Source: Longimicrobiaceae bacterium (GTDB lineage: Bacteria > Gemmatimonadota > Gemmatimonadetes > Longimicrobiales > Longimicrobiaceae). From it: DNA of 64,000 nt. Within the stretch, counting starts at the first letter, position 1; each line of letters starts with the position of its first letter. The notes below the pieces were generated by a model that saw only the letters and a program-made list of their open reading frames with translations, made no database searches and had not been told where the DNA came from. Position numbers and translations under genes: made by a program. Shown here piece after piece: positions 19,416 through 28,291 of the stretch. The stretch spans positions 156 through 64,155 of the forward strand of contig DASYWD010000015.1 of assembly GCA_035936415.1 (NCBI GenBank), read 5' to 3'.

Positions 19416-20120
19416 CTATCGGAGGGAGATGACGGGGACGGTCTCGACGAACGAGGAGTCGGGGACCTCGTACCGGGCCTCGAGCGTGAACTTCTGGTAC
19501 GTCCGCCCCCCGGTGCTGACCTGCTCGCTCGTCACCAGGGTGACTTCGCGAATGAAGGGGGAGGCCTCCAGGCTCTTCATGAAGCGGGTCAGGGCCTGCG
19601 TGGACCCGGTGTTCCCCTCGAGGCTGAAGGCGGGCCCGACGGGCGCCTGCGGCTTCTTCGCCGCCGCCGAGTCCGCGGCGGTGACGGGCGCGGGGGGCGG
19701 CGGGGCATCGAGGGCCACCACCTTGGTGAGCCAGGTGTAGGGCGGCACCGCCCGGCTGATCTCGTCCAGGATGTGCGGCCAGATGTAGCGCCGGCTGTCG
19801 ACGCCGCGGATCACCTCGATCTTGCTCTCGATGGTGTCCTGGCGCGACTCCATGGCCTCCACGAGCTGGATGGTGGAGGCGAAGCGGACGGAGTCCTGCC
19901 GCGCCTCTTCGATGCGCGTCTCGACCTCGGCCCGGCCGGTGTCCACCCGCCAGTACATGAAGCCCATCCCCACCAGGAGGAGCACGGCCAGGGAGCCCAA
20001 GCCGAGCATGTAGGGGTCTCCCGAGAACTTCGGGAGCGCGGGGGCGCTGCGGGACGCGCCCGGCCGGCCGGCGGCGCGGCGCTTTTTCTCCCCGGCGGGG
20101 AGGAGGTTGATCTCGATCAA
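19416..20120 (-). CDS. pilN: PilN-like pilus assembly protein (TTG start)
   Basis: (M)IEINLLP N-terminal motif that binds PilM, then a single TM. AGGAAG lies upstream of the TTG at 20120. Confidence 0.8.
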   Translation of the reverse strand: MIEINLLPAGEKKRRAAGRPGASRSAPALPKFSGDPYMLGLGSLAVLLLVGMGFMYWRVDTGRAEVETRIEEARQDSVRFASTIQLVEAMESRQDTIESKIEVIRGVDSRRYIWPHILDEISRAVPPYTWLTKVVALDAPPPPAPVTAADSAAAKKPQAPVGPAFSLEGNTGSTQALTRFMKSLEASPFIREVTLVTSEQVSTGGRTYQKFTLEARYEVPDSSFVETVPVISLR

Positions 20121-20136
20121 GGGATTGCTTCCTGAA

Positions 20137-21186
20137 TCAGGCGGCGGACCGGAGGGCCAGGCCGACGGGGAGCATCAGCATGGGGGCGAGCTCGTCCACC
20201 GGGAAGAGGGAGGTCACACCCGGCTTGACGCGGAGCCGCTGGAGGGGGTTTGCGACCTCGGTGCGGACGCGGAGTCGCGCGCCGATGGTCTCGGCGAGCC
20301 CGGGGATCCGGGCACCGCCGCCGCAGAGATAGATCCGTCCGAGCCCCTGTCCGCCGGAGTCGCCGATGGAGAGGAACGCGGCGGCGCGCTCGATCCCGTT
20401 GGCGAGCTCGTCGGAGCCCTCCTCGAGGAGCGCCCGGAACTCCCCCGCGCGGGGCGAGCGCCCCTGCAGCACGGCTTCGGCGTCCTCGGCAGTGAGGCCG
20501 TGGAGACGGCGCAGCTCCTCGCGCAGCCGGCGCGAGCCGAAGGGAACGTCCCGGGTGAGCACCGGCGCGCCGCCCTGGAGCACGTTCACCGTGGAGATCT
20601 CGTGTCCCACGTTGACCAGGGCGAGCGTGCCTTCCCGCGAGTCGGGGTAGTTGTACTCGAAGGCGTTGTGCAGCGCGAAGGCGTCCACGTCCACCACCGT
20701 GGCGGTGATCCCCGCGTCGCGCAGCAGCGAGACGCGCTGGTCCACCAGCTCGCGCTTGGCGGCCACCAGCAGGACGCTCATCTGCAGGCCGTCCTCCAGC
20801 GGGTCGAGGATCTGGAAGTCGAGCTGCACGTTCTCCATGTCGAAGGGGACGTACTGCTCGGCCTCCCAGCGGATCACCTCCCGCGCGTCGGCCTCCTTCA
20901 TCCGGTCCATCTGGATCTTCTTGACCATCACGTCGCGGCCTCCGACGGAGACCACCACGTTCTTCGCCTTCACGCCGGAGGTCTCGAAGATGGAGCGCAG
21001 CGTCTCGGCGACGAGCTGCGGGTCCATGATCTCGCCCTCGACGATCGCGTCGGCGATCAGCGGGGTGTGCGAGACGTGCACCAGCTCCGGCGCGGCGCCC
21101 GAGTGGTCGACCACCGCCACCTTGATGAAGCCGCTGCCGATGTCCAGGCCGACGGTGCTTTTGCCGCGGCGGAGAAGAGATACCAT
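20137..21186 (-). CDS. pilM: Type IV pilus assembly ATPase-fold protein PilM
   Basis: Actin-like fold motifs: VGLDIGSGFIKVAV ... VVDVDAFAL ... IYLCGGGARIPGL. Confidence 0.9.
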   Translation of the reverse strand: MVSLLRRGKSTVGLDIGSGFIKVAVVDHSGAAPELVHVSHTPLIADAIVEGEIMDPQLVAETLRSIFETSGVKAKNVVVSVGGRDVMVKKIQMDRMKEADAREVIRWEAEQYVPFDMENVQLDFQILDPLEDGLQMSVLLVAAKRELVDQRVSLLRDAGITATVVDVDAFALHNAFEYNYPDSREGTLALVNVGHEISTVNVLQGGAPVLTRDVPFGSRRLREELRRLHGLTAEDAEAVLQGRSPRAGEFRALLEEGSDELANGIERAAAFLSIGDSGGQGLGRIYLCGGGARIPGLAETIGARLRVRTEVANPLQRLRVKPGVTSLFPVDELAPMLMLPVGLALRSAA

Positions 21187-21344
21187 GGGAGAGAAAACCA
21201 GCGTTGATGATGCGTGGGCTGGGCCGCCCGCGGACCGGAGATGGGCGGCGCCCGGGAGGGGCGCCGCTTCAGTTTGGATGGTGTCCGGAAACGATACGGC
21301 CCGCGGAAGCGTACGTCAAGGAGGAAGGCTGCGGTCGTGCGGAA

Positions 21345-22586
21345 TCAGCGCACCAGCTCGAACCAGCCGAAGGTGGCCTGCGGGGCCTGGAAGACGGGTT
21401 TCTGGATCTGCCTCTGGTTGAAGGCGTCCTGGGCGGCCTTCACCTGGCAGCGGTTGTAGCTGATCACCGCGTTCCCCATCGTGGCGCTTTCCGCGATGTT
21501 GGTCTTCTGGGTCGTGTTCTGGCCGAGCGAGATCAGCGCCCCCTCGATCTTGCTCGTGGTGCTCCCGCCGCCGGTGCCGGTGATCTTGGTGTAGCCCTCG
21601 ACGAGGACGATCCCGTTGTACTGGAAGTTCCCTTGGATCTCCAGGTTGCCATTGAAGATGATCAGGATCCCCTGCCCGTGGTCGCCCTGCAGGTTGACGG
21701 TTCCGCCGTTCGCGTCGACCCCGACGGTGGGATACAGGTTCGTCTGCGGGTCGTTGGTTGGGCAGGTGACGCCCGCAATCCCCGCGGGGCACCCCCAGCG
21801 GAGCTTGGGATTGGTCGCGTCCCACTTCGCCCTCGCGTTGTTGGGGAAGAGCTCCGGGTCGAGCCTGGGGCCGAACTTGATGTCGGCCAACTTGGCGAAC
21901 TCCTCCAGCGTCTTTCCATTCAGGATCCAATCGATGAACGCCTGCCCGCTGAGGCTGCTCTGCTGGACCGACCCGGAGATGTTCCCGCTCCCGCTCGTCG
22001 TGACGGTGGTGCCGGCCTCGTGGACGACGGCCGCGGCACCGAGACTATCGGCGCACGCAGAAGAGCGGTCCACCACCTTCGAATTCCCGCCCACCTCCAG
22101 GTCCGAGCCGACCGTGGCGCCCGCGTTCACGTTCAGGGCCATGTGCGTATATACGCTGGGGAGCGACACCAGGGCGATCACCCCCCGCCCCGGCCGCCCG
22201 TTCACGAGCGGCTCGGCCAGGACGGAGTACCGGTCGGTGGGACCGAACGGCGGGTTCGCGGTGATGTCGCCTGGCAGGCGGCCCAGGCGGGTCACGGTGA
22301 TGCGCGCCCTCTGGGTGGTTCCCGGGATCTGCCAGTCCAGGTTCCGCACGGAGTCCAGCTCCGCGCCCCGGCTCGCGACGTAGGCCTGCACCGCCCCCTC
22401 GGCCGTGTAGAGGGCCCGGGTGGCATCCAGGTTCGCGCTGCTCATGGCCGCCTCGGTGGTGGAGGTCATGAGCGCCGAGGTGACCAGAATGGTGACCGCC
22501 ACGAGCCCGAACAGCGCCACGGGGAGCGCCATGCCCCTGCGGTCGCCTCGCAGCCGGGCGAACGGTACGTTACGGTTGACGCGCAT
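21345..22586 (-). CDS. pilX: PilX-like minor pilin / pilus assembly protein (413 aa, large)
   Basis: N-terminus RGMALPVALFGLVAVTILVTSALMTS resembles PilX_N (hydrophobic helix without the G/F-E5 prepilin site). Directly follows pilW (2-nt gap). ATG 22586 chosen; the internal ATG at MALPV is also possible. Confidence 0.6.
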   Translation of the reverse strand: MRVNRNVPFARLRGDRRGMALPVALFGLVAVTILVTSALMTSTTEAAMSSANLDATRALYTAEGAVQAYVASRGAELDSVRNLDWQIPGTTQRARITVTRLGRLPGDITANPPFGPTDRYSVLAEPLVNGRPGRGVIALVSLPSVYTHMALNVNAGATVGSDLEVGGNSKVVDRSSACADSLGAAAVVHEAGTTVTTSGSGNISGSVQQSSLSGQAFIDWILNGKTLEEFAKLADIKFGPRLDPELFPNNARAKWDATNPKLRWGCPAGIAGVTCPTNDPQTNLYPTVGVDANGGTVNLQGDHGQGILIIFNGNLEIQGNFQYNGIVLVEGYTKITGTGGGSTTSKIEGALISLGQNTTQKTNIAESATMGNAVISYNRCQVKAAQDAFNQRQIQKPVFQAPQATFGWFELVR

Positions 22587-22588
22587 GG

Positions 22589-23410
22589 TCAGTTCCGGAG
22601 GCGGACGCGGGTGGAGTCGCTGAACTCCAGCGACGGCTTGGACGAGCGGCTGATCGTGGTGACCTTCACCTCGACCTCGGCGATGTTCGCGACGACGATC
22701 GGATCCAGCACCGTGCCGCCGGCGTCGAAGTACCGGAGCCGGAAGACGGGGACGCTCTCCACCTCCTTCAGCGGTCCGGCGAGCGGCTGCGCCGGCCCGC
22801 CCGCAGTCCTGAGCAGCCACTTCCCCGGCACGTTCGAATTGCCCGTGGCGTATTCGACGATGTCGTACAGGTAGGCGGGCTCGCCGAGCTGGAACGGGAT
22901 CGTGGTCGGCACGTTCGTGAGCGTACGGACCTGGACCCGACCGGGCTGCGGGTCAATCACCCCGCACTGCGCCGCACCCTGTCCGGCCGCGGGGGTGGCG
23001 TCCGTCACGGAGGCGAACCGCCACTGCACGGGCGGGGCGGCCGGGGACTCCCGCAGCGCGAGGCTGTCCGGCAGGTTGGAGCCCTTGAACGGCGTGAGGT
23101 CCACGCCGGGGAAGACGACGACCCGCGTCCCACTGACTTCGGGACCGCACACGATCCCCCAGATGCGCGGGGACCGGAACCGGATGGAGCCCGCGGTCGC
23201 GGCGACGATCCCGCCCCGGCTGGCGCCGCGCAGCTCGGCCGAGATCAGCTCCAGGGCCGCGCGGCCGTTCTGCTGGACCTCCTCGCGGGCGCTCTGCATT
23301 CCCACGAAGCGCTGGTGCCCGTTCACGAACTGGAAGACCACACCCACGAGGAAGCCGCCGATGACCAGCGCCACCGCGAGCTCGACCAGGGTAAAGCCGC
23401 GGTTGTTCAT
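22589..23410 (-). CDS. pilW: PilW-like minor pilin
   Basis: Class III signal MNNRG|FTLVELAVALVIGG. ATGA overlap with the upstream pilV-like gene. Confidence 0.7.
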   Translation of the reverse strand: MNNRGFTLVELAVALVIGGFLVGVVFQFVNGHQRFVGMQSAREEVQQNGRAALELISAELRGASRGGIVAATAGSIRFRSPRIWGIVCGPEVSGTRVVVFPGVDLTPFKGSNLPDSLALRESPAAPPVQWRFASVTDATPAAGQGAAQCGVIDPQPGRVQVRTLTNVPTTIPFQLGEPAYLYDIVEYATGNSNVPGKWLLRTAGGPAQPLAGPLKEVESVPVFRLRYFDAGGTVLDPIVVANIAEVEVKVTTISRSSKPSLEFSDSTRVRLRN

Positions 23411-23829
23411 GGGATCGCCGGGTCGTAGAACGTGGAAGAGACCACGAAGGAGTCGACGCGGACGGCGCCGCGGACGGGCCGGACGGTCACCGTGACCCGC
23501 CGTGTCTTCGCGACCCCGGTGACGGCCTGGACGGTCACGCACACGGTATCTTTCCCCCGCTCCTCCACCGGGCAGGAAGATCCGGTGCCCGCCGGATTGG
23601 CCCGGGCCTGGCGCAGCCCCGCCTCCAGGTGGGTGGCGGCCAGGGTGGAGACCCGGCTCTCCTTCTCCGCGCGGACGAGCATCCGTGATGCCCCGATGCC
23701 GAGCGCTTCCAGGCCCAGCAGCCCGACCGCGAGGATCATCATCGCGGCGAGCACCTCCACGAGCGTGAAGCCGTCGTCGGAGCGCAGGCGCGCCGAATCA
23801 CCTGTCACGGTACGTCCTCCCGGTAGCAT
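23407..23829 (-). CDS. pilV: PilV-like minor pilin
   Basis: Prepilin N-terminus ...SDDG|FTLVEVLAAMMILAVGLLG; about 130 aa, typical PilV size. The start could be the internal GTG at 23808. Confidence 0.7.
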   Translation of the reverse strand: MLPGGRTVTGDSARLRSDDGFTLVEVLAAMMILAVGLLGLEALGIGASRMLVRAEKESRVSTLAATHLEAGLRQARANPAGTGSSCPVEERGKDTVCVTVQAVTGVAKTRRVTVTVRPVRGAVRVDSFVVSSTFYDPAIP

Positions 23830-24277
23830 TGAGATTCAGCGTGTCCGTCATGGTGGCCCCGGCGATGGTGAAGGTGCCGCCGCCGGCCTTCACGATCCCG
23901 CGGGTGTCGAACGAGACCTGGGCCGCGGGAGGCGTAAGCCGGACGCCTGCGTAGTCGCGCCCGAGCTGCACCCGCTTCACGGTCCGGAAGTTCGGGGAGG
24001 CCGTGCCTGCGGTGTCCACCGTGACGGTGTACTCCGTGCCGGATGCCGCGAACCGGACCGAGGTCGGGCGGCCCCAGCGGACGGCGAGGACGCGGGCGTA
24101 CGCCAGGTCGGCGCTGAGCTGTCCGACCGCGCCCTGCGTCTTCTGCTTGGCGGCCATGGTGTTCATCCGCGGGGCGGCCACGGAGGCCATGATCATGACC
24201 AGGAGCAGCACGACCATGAGCTCGAGGAGGCTGAAGCCGGCGGTGGAGCGGCGGGGGGAGGAAGGTGGTGTGGTCAT
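23798..24277 (-). CDS. fimT: GspH/FimT-family pseudopilin
   Basis: Prepilin N-terminus STAG|FSLLELMVVLLLVMIM, followed by the LSADLAYARVLAVRWGRPTSVRF pattern typical of GspH/FimT. Confidence 0.7.
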   Translation of the reverse strand: MTTPPSSPRRSTAGFSLLELMVVLLLVMIMASVAAPRMNTMAAKQKTQGAVGQLSADLAYARVLAVRWGRPTSVRFAASGTEYTVTVDTAGTASPNFRTVKRVQLGRDYAGVRLTPPAAQVSFDTRGIVKAGGGTFTIAGATMTDTLNLNATGRTYRDR

Positions 24278-24417
24278 GCCCCCGTCCTAAGGAAGGAGCG
24301 TGCCGCGGAAGACAGTGTTATGCCGCAACGACTTAGCGATCGCGGCCGCCTCGCGGAGCCCCACCTTTCTTCCGGGATGGAAAACTTTTCCCGGTTCGCC
24401 CTCCCGGGGTGGCCGCG

Positions 24418-24906
24418 TCAGAACCTGCGGAGGATCCGCCCCGCGCGCGACACCGTCAGCGAATCGCGGACGTCCCCGCCGCGCCGGGCGACCACGGTGC
24501 GGTTCCCCAGGCCGCGCAGCATCCCGCGCGAGTCGAAGCGCATGGAGTCCGACTGGTTCATCTCCAGGCAGAGCCCTCCCCCGCCGAGCGCGACCCGCTT
24601 CAGCACCCGGTCGGAGCCGTCCCTCGCCAGGACCAGGTAGTGGTCCGTGCCGTAGCGATTCGCCGCGCCGCCGCACCGCTCCGACCCGGGGAACTGGACG
24701 ACCACCGCCCGCCCGGAGCGCACGGCGAGGATCCGCGCGTGGTACAGGTCGCCCGTGAAACGGTCGAGCGCGGCGCGGGTGCGCATCCGGGCCAGGGCCC
24801 GGTCCATGGCGGGCGCGGCGAGGGAGGTCAGCACCCCCACGATCACGAGCGCGGTGAGCAGCTCCAGGAGCGAGAAGCCGCGGACATCACGGGGGAGGAC
24901 GGGCAT
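24418..24906 (-). CDS. Second GspH/FimT(FimU)-family pseudopilin
   Basis: ATG at 24906 gives MPVLPRDVRG|FSLLELLTALVIVGVL, followed by FTGDLYHARILAVRSGRAVVVQF. Paralogous to the adjacent gene. Confidence 0.7.
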   Translation of the reverse strand: MPVLPRDVRGFSLLELLTALVIVGVLTSLAAPAMDRALARMRTRAALDRFTGDLYHARILAVRSGRAVVVQFPGSERCGGAANRYGTDHYLVLARDGSDRVLKRVALGGGGLCLEMNQSDSMRFDSRGMLRGLGNRTVVARRGGDVRDSLTVSRAGRILRRF

Positions 24907-25067
24907 CAGACGGGCGAACTTCGTGGACGCAGTGCACAGCGGGAGGCCGAAGATATTCGCAGAGTCCCGATCACGCAATGGGCTAAAGTACGCGCAGAAT
25001 CCTGCCGACACTTCCCCCCTTTTTGGTGACGGGAGCCGGGTGCGCCCGGCTCCCGACGGCCGCGCCC

Positions 25068-26429
25068 TCAGTCCAGCCCGTAGTCCTGGATCTTGTACGA
25101 CAGCGCCCGCACGGACAGCTCCAGCAGGTCCGCGGCGCGGGTGCGGTTCCCCTGCGTCCGCTGCAGCGCCCGGGCGATCAGCTCCCGCTCCAGCGCCGGG
25201 AGCCGCCGCTTCACCGAAAGGTCGGCGTCGTCGGGGGTGATGTGGAAGGGGTGGGTCCCGGAGCGCACGTGGGGCGGCAGGTGCTCCTCGCGCACGTCGC
25301 CGCCGGACAGGACCAGGGCGCGCTCCACCACGTTCTCCAGCTCGCGGACGTTCCCCGGCCAGGGATACGAGGCGAGCACGGGGAGGAGCGCGGAGGGGAG
25401 CTCGCCCGCGGCGATCCCGAAGCGCGCGGCGTGCCGCCGGAGGAAGTGGCCGGCGAGGAGGGGGATGTCCTCCGGGCGGGCGCGGAGCGGCGGGAGGTGG
25501 ATCTGCACCACGTTGACCCGGTAGAACAGGTCGTCCCGAAAGCGTCCCTCCTGCACCTCCTCCACCAGGTCGCGCGCGGTGGCCGCCAGCACGCGGACGT
25601 CCACCGGCACCTCGGCGGAGGCGCCCACGCGGCGCACCCGCCGCTCCTGGAGCACGCGCAGGAGCTTCACCTGGAGCGGGTTCGGCAGCTCGCCGATCTC
25701 GTCCAGGAAGAGCGTCCCCCCGTTCGCCTCCGCGAAGAGCCCCTCACGCGTCCGGTCGGCCCCGGTGAAGGCGCCCTTCTCGTGCCCGAACAGCTCCGAC
25801 TCCAGCAGGTTCTCCGGGATGGCGCCGCAGTTGACGGCCACGAACGCCGCCTGGCTCCGCGGCGAGGCGCGGTGGATGGCGCGGGCGATGGCCTCCTTCC
25901 CCGTGCCGCTCTCGCCGGTGATGAGCACCGTGGAAGGGTACGGCGCCACCCGGCCCGCCAGCTCCAGCGCCTCCCGCATCACCTGCGAGCGCCCCACCAC
26001 CTCCTCGAACCCCTCCACCTCGCCCACCTGCTTCCGCAGCCGGACCACCTCGCGCCGGAGCTGCTCCCGTTCCTCGGCCTTGCGGAGGGTGAGCAGGATC
26101 TCGTCCGCGTTGAAGGGCTTGGAGACGTAGTCGTAGGCGCCGCGGCGCATGGCCTCCACCGCGGAGTCCAGCGAGCCGTACGCGCTCATCACCACCACCA
26201 GCGCCGTGCCGCCGGCCTCCTGGTAGCGCTCCAGGAACTGGAGCCCGTCCAGCCGCGGCATTCGCACGTCGCAGAGTACCAGGTCCGGGGGCTCGGCCAG
26301 GGCGGTGCGGAGCCCCACCTCGCCGTCCTCGGCCGTGGCGACCTCGTACCCCTCCTCCCGGAGGATCAGGGAGAGGGTGTGGCGGAGCCCCGCCTCGTCG
26401 TCGATCACCAGGATGCGGCCGGAGCTCAC
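25068..26429 (-). CDS. Sigma-54-dependent response regulator (PilR/NtrC-like)
   Basis: Receiver domain (ILVIDDE...DVRMPRLDG), GESGTGKE Walker A, canonical GAFTGA, C-terminal HTH (QGNRTRAADLLELSVRAL). ATGA overlap with the kinase gene. Confidence 0.9.
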   Translation of the reverse strand: MSSGRILVIDDEAGLRHTLSLILREEGYEVATAEDGEVGLRTALAEPPDLVLCDVRMPRLDGLQFLERYQEAGGTALVVVMSAYGSLDSAVEAMRRGAYDYVSKPFNADEILLTLRKAEEREQLRREVVRLRKQVGEVEGFEEVVGRSQVMREALELAGRVAPYPSTVLITGESGTGKEAIARAIHRASPRSQAAFVAVNCGAIPENLLESELFGHEKGAFTGADRTREGLFAEANGGTLFLDEIGELPNPLQVKLLRVLQERRVRRVGASAEVPVDVRVLAATARDLVEEVQEGRFRDDLFYRVNVVQIHLPPLRARPEDIPLLAGHFLRRHAARFGIAAGELPSALLPVLASYPWPGNVRELENVVERALVLSGGDVREEHLPPHVRSGTHPFHITPDDADLSVKRRLPALERELIARALQRTQGNRTRAADLLELSVRALSYKIQDYGLD

Positions 26430-27688
26430 GATGCGTGCCTGCCGGTGGGAAAGGAAAGGGCGAACACCGCGCCCCCGCCGTTCGCGGAGGTGACTTCCAC
26501 CCGCCCTCCGAACTCGGTCACCGTGCTGGCGACGATGGCGAGCCCGAGCCCGGTCCCCTCGCCGGGCTGGCGGGTGGTGAAGAAGGGGTCGAAGACGGCC
26601 TCCACGTGCTCCGGGGGGATCCCCGGCCCGGTGTCGGCCACCAGAACCTGCACGATCTCGTCGCCCGCCTCCAGGCGCTGCGCGTCGCGGTGCGACCCGT
26701 GCCGGGGGCGGCGGAGGTGGCTGTAGTCCACCCCCGCGGGGTCGTCCGCGCGCCGGGGGGGGATCCGCCGGGCGGGCTCGAAGCTCCGCACCACCGTGTG
26801 CACGGTGAGCGTCCCCCGCCCCTCCATCGCCGCCTCAGCGTTGGTGAACAGGTTGACGAAGACCTGGTCCACGTCGTGCGCCACGGCGTGGATGGGGGGG
26901 AGCTGCTCGGCGAGCCGGAGGCGCAGCTCCACCTCCGCGAGGCGCCCCTGCTCGCGGAGGAGCGCGGCCACCCGCCGGATGGAGGCGTTCAGGTCCACCT
27001 CCTCCCGCTCCCGGGCGCCGCCGTGCGGGCGGGCGTACTGCAGGAGCGAGCGGACGATGCGGTCGATGCGGCGCGCCTCGCGCTCCACCCCGCCCAGCAG
27101 CTCCTCGTCCACCCCGCGGCGCCGCAGCACCGCCGCGTACCCCAGGAGCGCCCCCAGCGGGTTCCCCACCTCGTGCGCCACGCCGGCGGCGAGGCGCCCG
27201 ATCCCGGCCAGCTTCTCCGCCTGCACCAGGTCGCGCTGGGTGGCGACCAGGACGCGGTTGGTCTCGTCGAGCGAGCGGACGTTCTCCGCCAGGCGCGTCT
27301 GGTCCTGCAGGAGCTGGTCGGTCAGGCGGTTCAGGGCGTCCGCCAATGCGGCGGTCTCGCGGCTCTCGCCGGGGGGGACTCGGCGCTGGTAGTCGCCGTC
27401 GGCGATGGCCGTGGCGGCGTCGGCGGCCTCCGAGAGCGGCCGGACCACGAGCCTCCCCACCAGGTGGCTCCCCAGCACTCCGAACACGGCCACGTCCGCG
27501 GCCGCCAGCAGGAGGATGGCGCCGAGCGCGCGCGCCCCGTCGAGCGCGGCGAGGTCCAGCACCGATGCGGCCCAGAGGGCGAGGACGACGGCCGCGAAGG
27601 CCAGAAAGGAAAGGTTGAAGAGGAGCTCGGCGCGAAGGGAGCCCCGGGCTTTCCCGGGGCTCCCCGAATCGCGGTCCGAGCGGCTCAA
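26426..27688 (-). CDS. Sensor histidine kinase (2 TM + HAMP + HisKA + HATPase_c)
   Basis: H-box GVAHEVGNPLG, N-box LFTNAEAAM, G-boxes DTGPGIP and GTGLGLAIV. Proposed TTG start at 27688 is preceded by GGAGGG. The track start at 27892 would overlap the 78-aa gene. Confidence 0.8.
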   Translation of the reverse strand: MSRSDRDSGSPGKARGSLRAELLFNLSFLAFAAVVLALWAASVLDLAALDGARALGAILLLAAADVAVFGVLGSHLVGRLVVRPLSEAADAATAIADGDYQRRVPPGESRETAALADALNRLTDQLLQDQTRLAENVRSLDETNRVLVATQRDLVQAEKLAGIGRLAAGVAHEVGNPLGALLGYAAVLRRRGVDEELLGGVEREARRIDRIVRSLLQYARPHGGAREREEVDLNASIRRVAALLREQGRLAEVELRLRLAEQLPPIHAVAHDVDQVFVNLFTNAEAAMEGRGTLTVHTVVRSFEPARRIPPRRADDPAGVDYSHLRRPRHGSHRDAQRLEAGDEIVQVLVADTGPGIPPEHVEAVFDPFFTTRQPGEGTGLGLAIVASTVTEFGGRVEVTSANGGGAVFALSFPTGRHAS

Positions 27689-27710
27689 CGAGCCCTCCGG
27701 GGCGGCAGCG

Positions 27711-27947
27711 CTACTCCTCCGTCTCCTCCGCCGGCGCCTCGTCGCCGGCGCCGACCGTGGCGAGCGCCCGCGCCCGGCGCGCGGCGTCGCGGCCGGAGGG
27801 CTTCTTCCGGTTGAACGCCTCCCTCTCCAGCTCGTGCCAGATGCGGTCGACGACCGCGCCCGTGGGACCGCTCCACTCCAGCTGGCCCTCACCCTGAACG
27901 CGCTCCATGGCGCGGCGAAGTGCGTGCTTGCTGATGGGCTTCCTCAT
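27711..27947 (-). CDS. Small hypothetical protein (78 aa) heading the kinase/regulator operon
   Basis: ATG at 27947 is preceded by a near-perfect SD AAGGAGGA (complement of 27951-27958). Charged, non-repetitive sequence. Stop lies 22 nt before the proposed kinase start. Confidence 0.6.
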   Translation of the reverse strand: MRKPISKHALRRAMERVQGEGQLEWSGPTGAVVDRIWHELEREAFNRKKPSGRDAARRARALATVGAGDEAPAEETEE

Positions 27948-28165
27948 GCATCCTCCTTGGTGGATCGGGTACTCGGGCTGCCGGCCCCGGCTCGATGTCC
28001 CGGGCTCCCGTGCGTGCCCCCGATGCTAGTGTAATACGATCCCGCCCCCCGCGCGAGTTCCCCCCGGGCGCGCCGAGCGGGGGGCAGGACGGCCTGCAAG
28101 CCCCATGCGCGCGGCCCCCCGCCCGAGTCTCCGGGCGAGGGGCCGTTCGCGCGCCGCGGGGCGGG

Positions 28166-28291
28166 CTAGCGGCGGTTCTTCTTGCGGTTCTCCTCGATCC
28201 GGATCATCCAGAGGCACGCGCCGTAGATGGCGAGAGTGATCAGGCCGAAGATGGCGGCGTTGCGCAGAACCAGGAAGGTGGGCTCGCTCAC
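28166..28291 (-). CDS. Putative 41-aa single-pass membrane peptide, translationally coupled to the upstream acetyl-CoA synthetase gene
   Basis: GTG at 28291 overlaps the TGA of the upstream gene (GTGA). VSEPTFLVLRNAAIFGLITLAIYGACLWMIRIEENRKKNRR is one TM helix plus a basic tail. Confidence 0.4.
   Translation of the reverse strand: MSEPTFLVLRNAAIFGLITLAIYGACLWMIRIEENRKKNRR

Noticed and set aside
24289-24306. Sigma-54-like element CGGCACGCTCCTTCCT upstream of the first fimT-like gene
   Set aside because: The spacing is right, but the essential -12 GC is CC (TTCC instead of TTGC). It would also leave only a 5-8-nt leader.
25032-25055. Hairpin GGGAGCCGGG-TGCG-CCCGGCTCCC downstream of the sigma-54 regulator, as an intrinsic terminator
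   Set aside because: The stem is good, but in the direction of transcription (minus strand) it is followed by an A-run, not a U-run. It may still act as an RNA-stabilising or Rho-assisted element, but I do not call it a terminator.
26426-27892. Full 488-aa ORF as the histidine kinase
   Set aside because: The first 68 codons are Arg/Ser/Pro-rich and overlap the SD-supported 78-aa gene in another frame. A TTG with GGAGGG at 27688 gives a normal kinase N-terminus.
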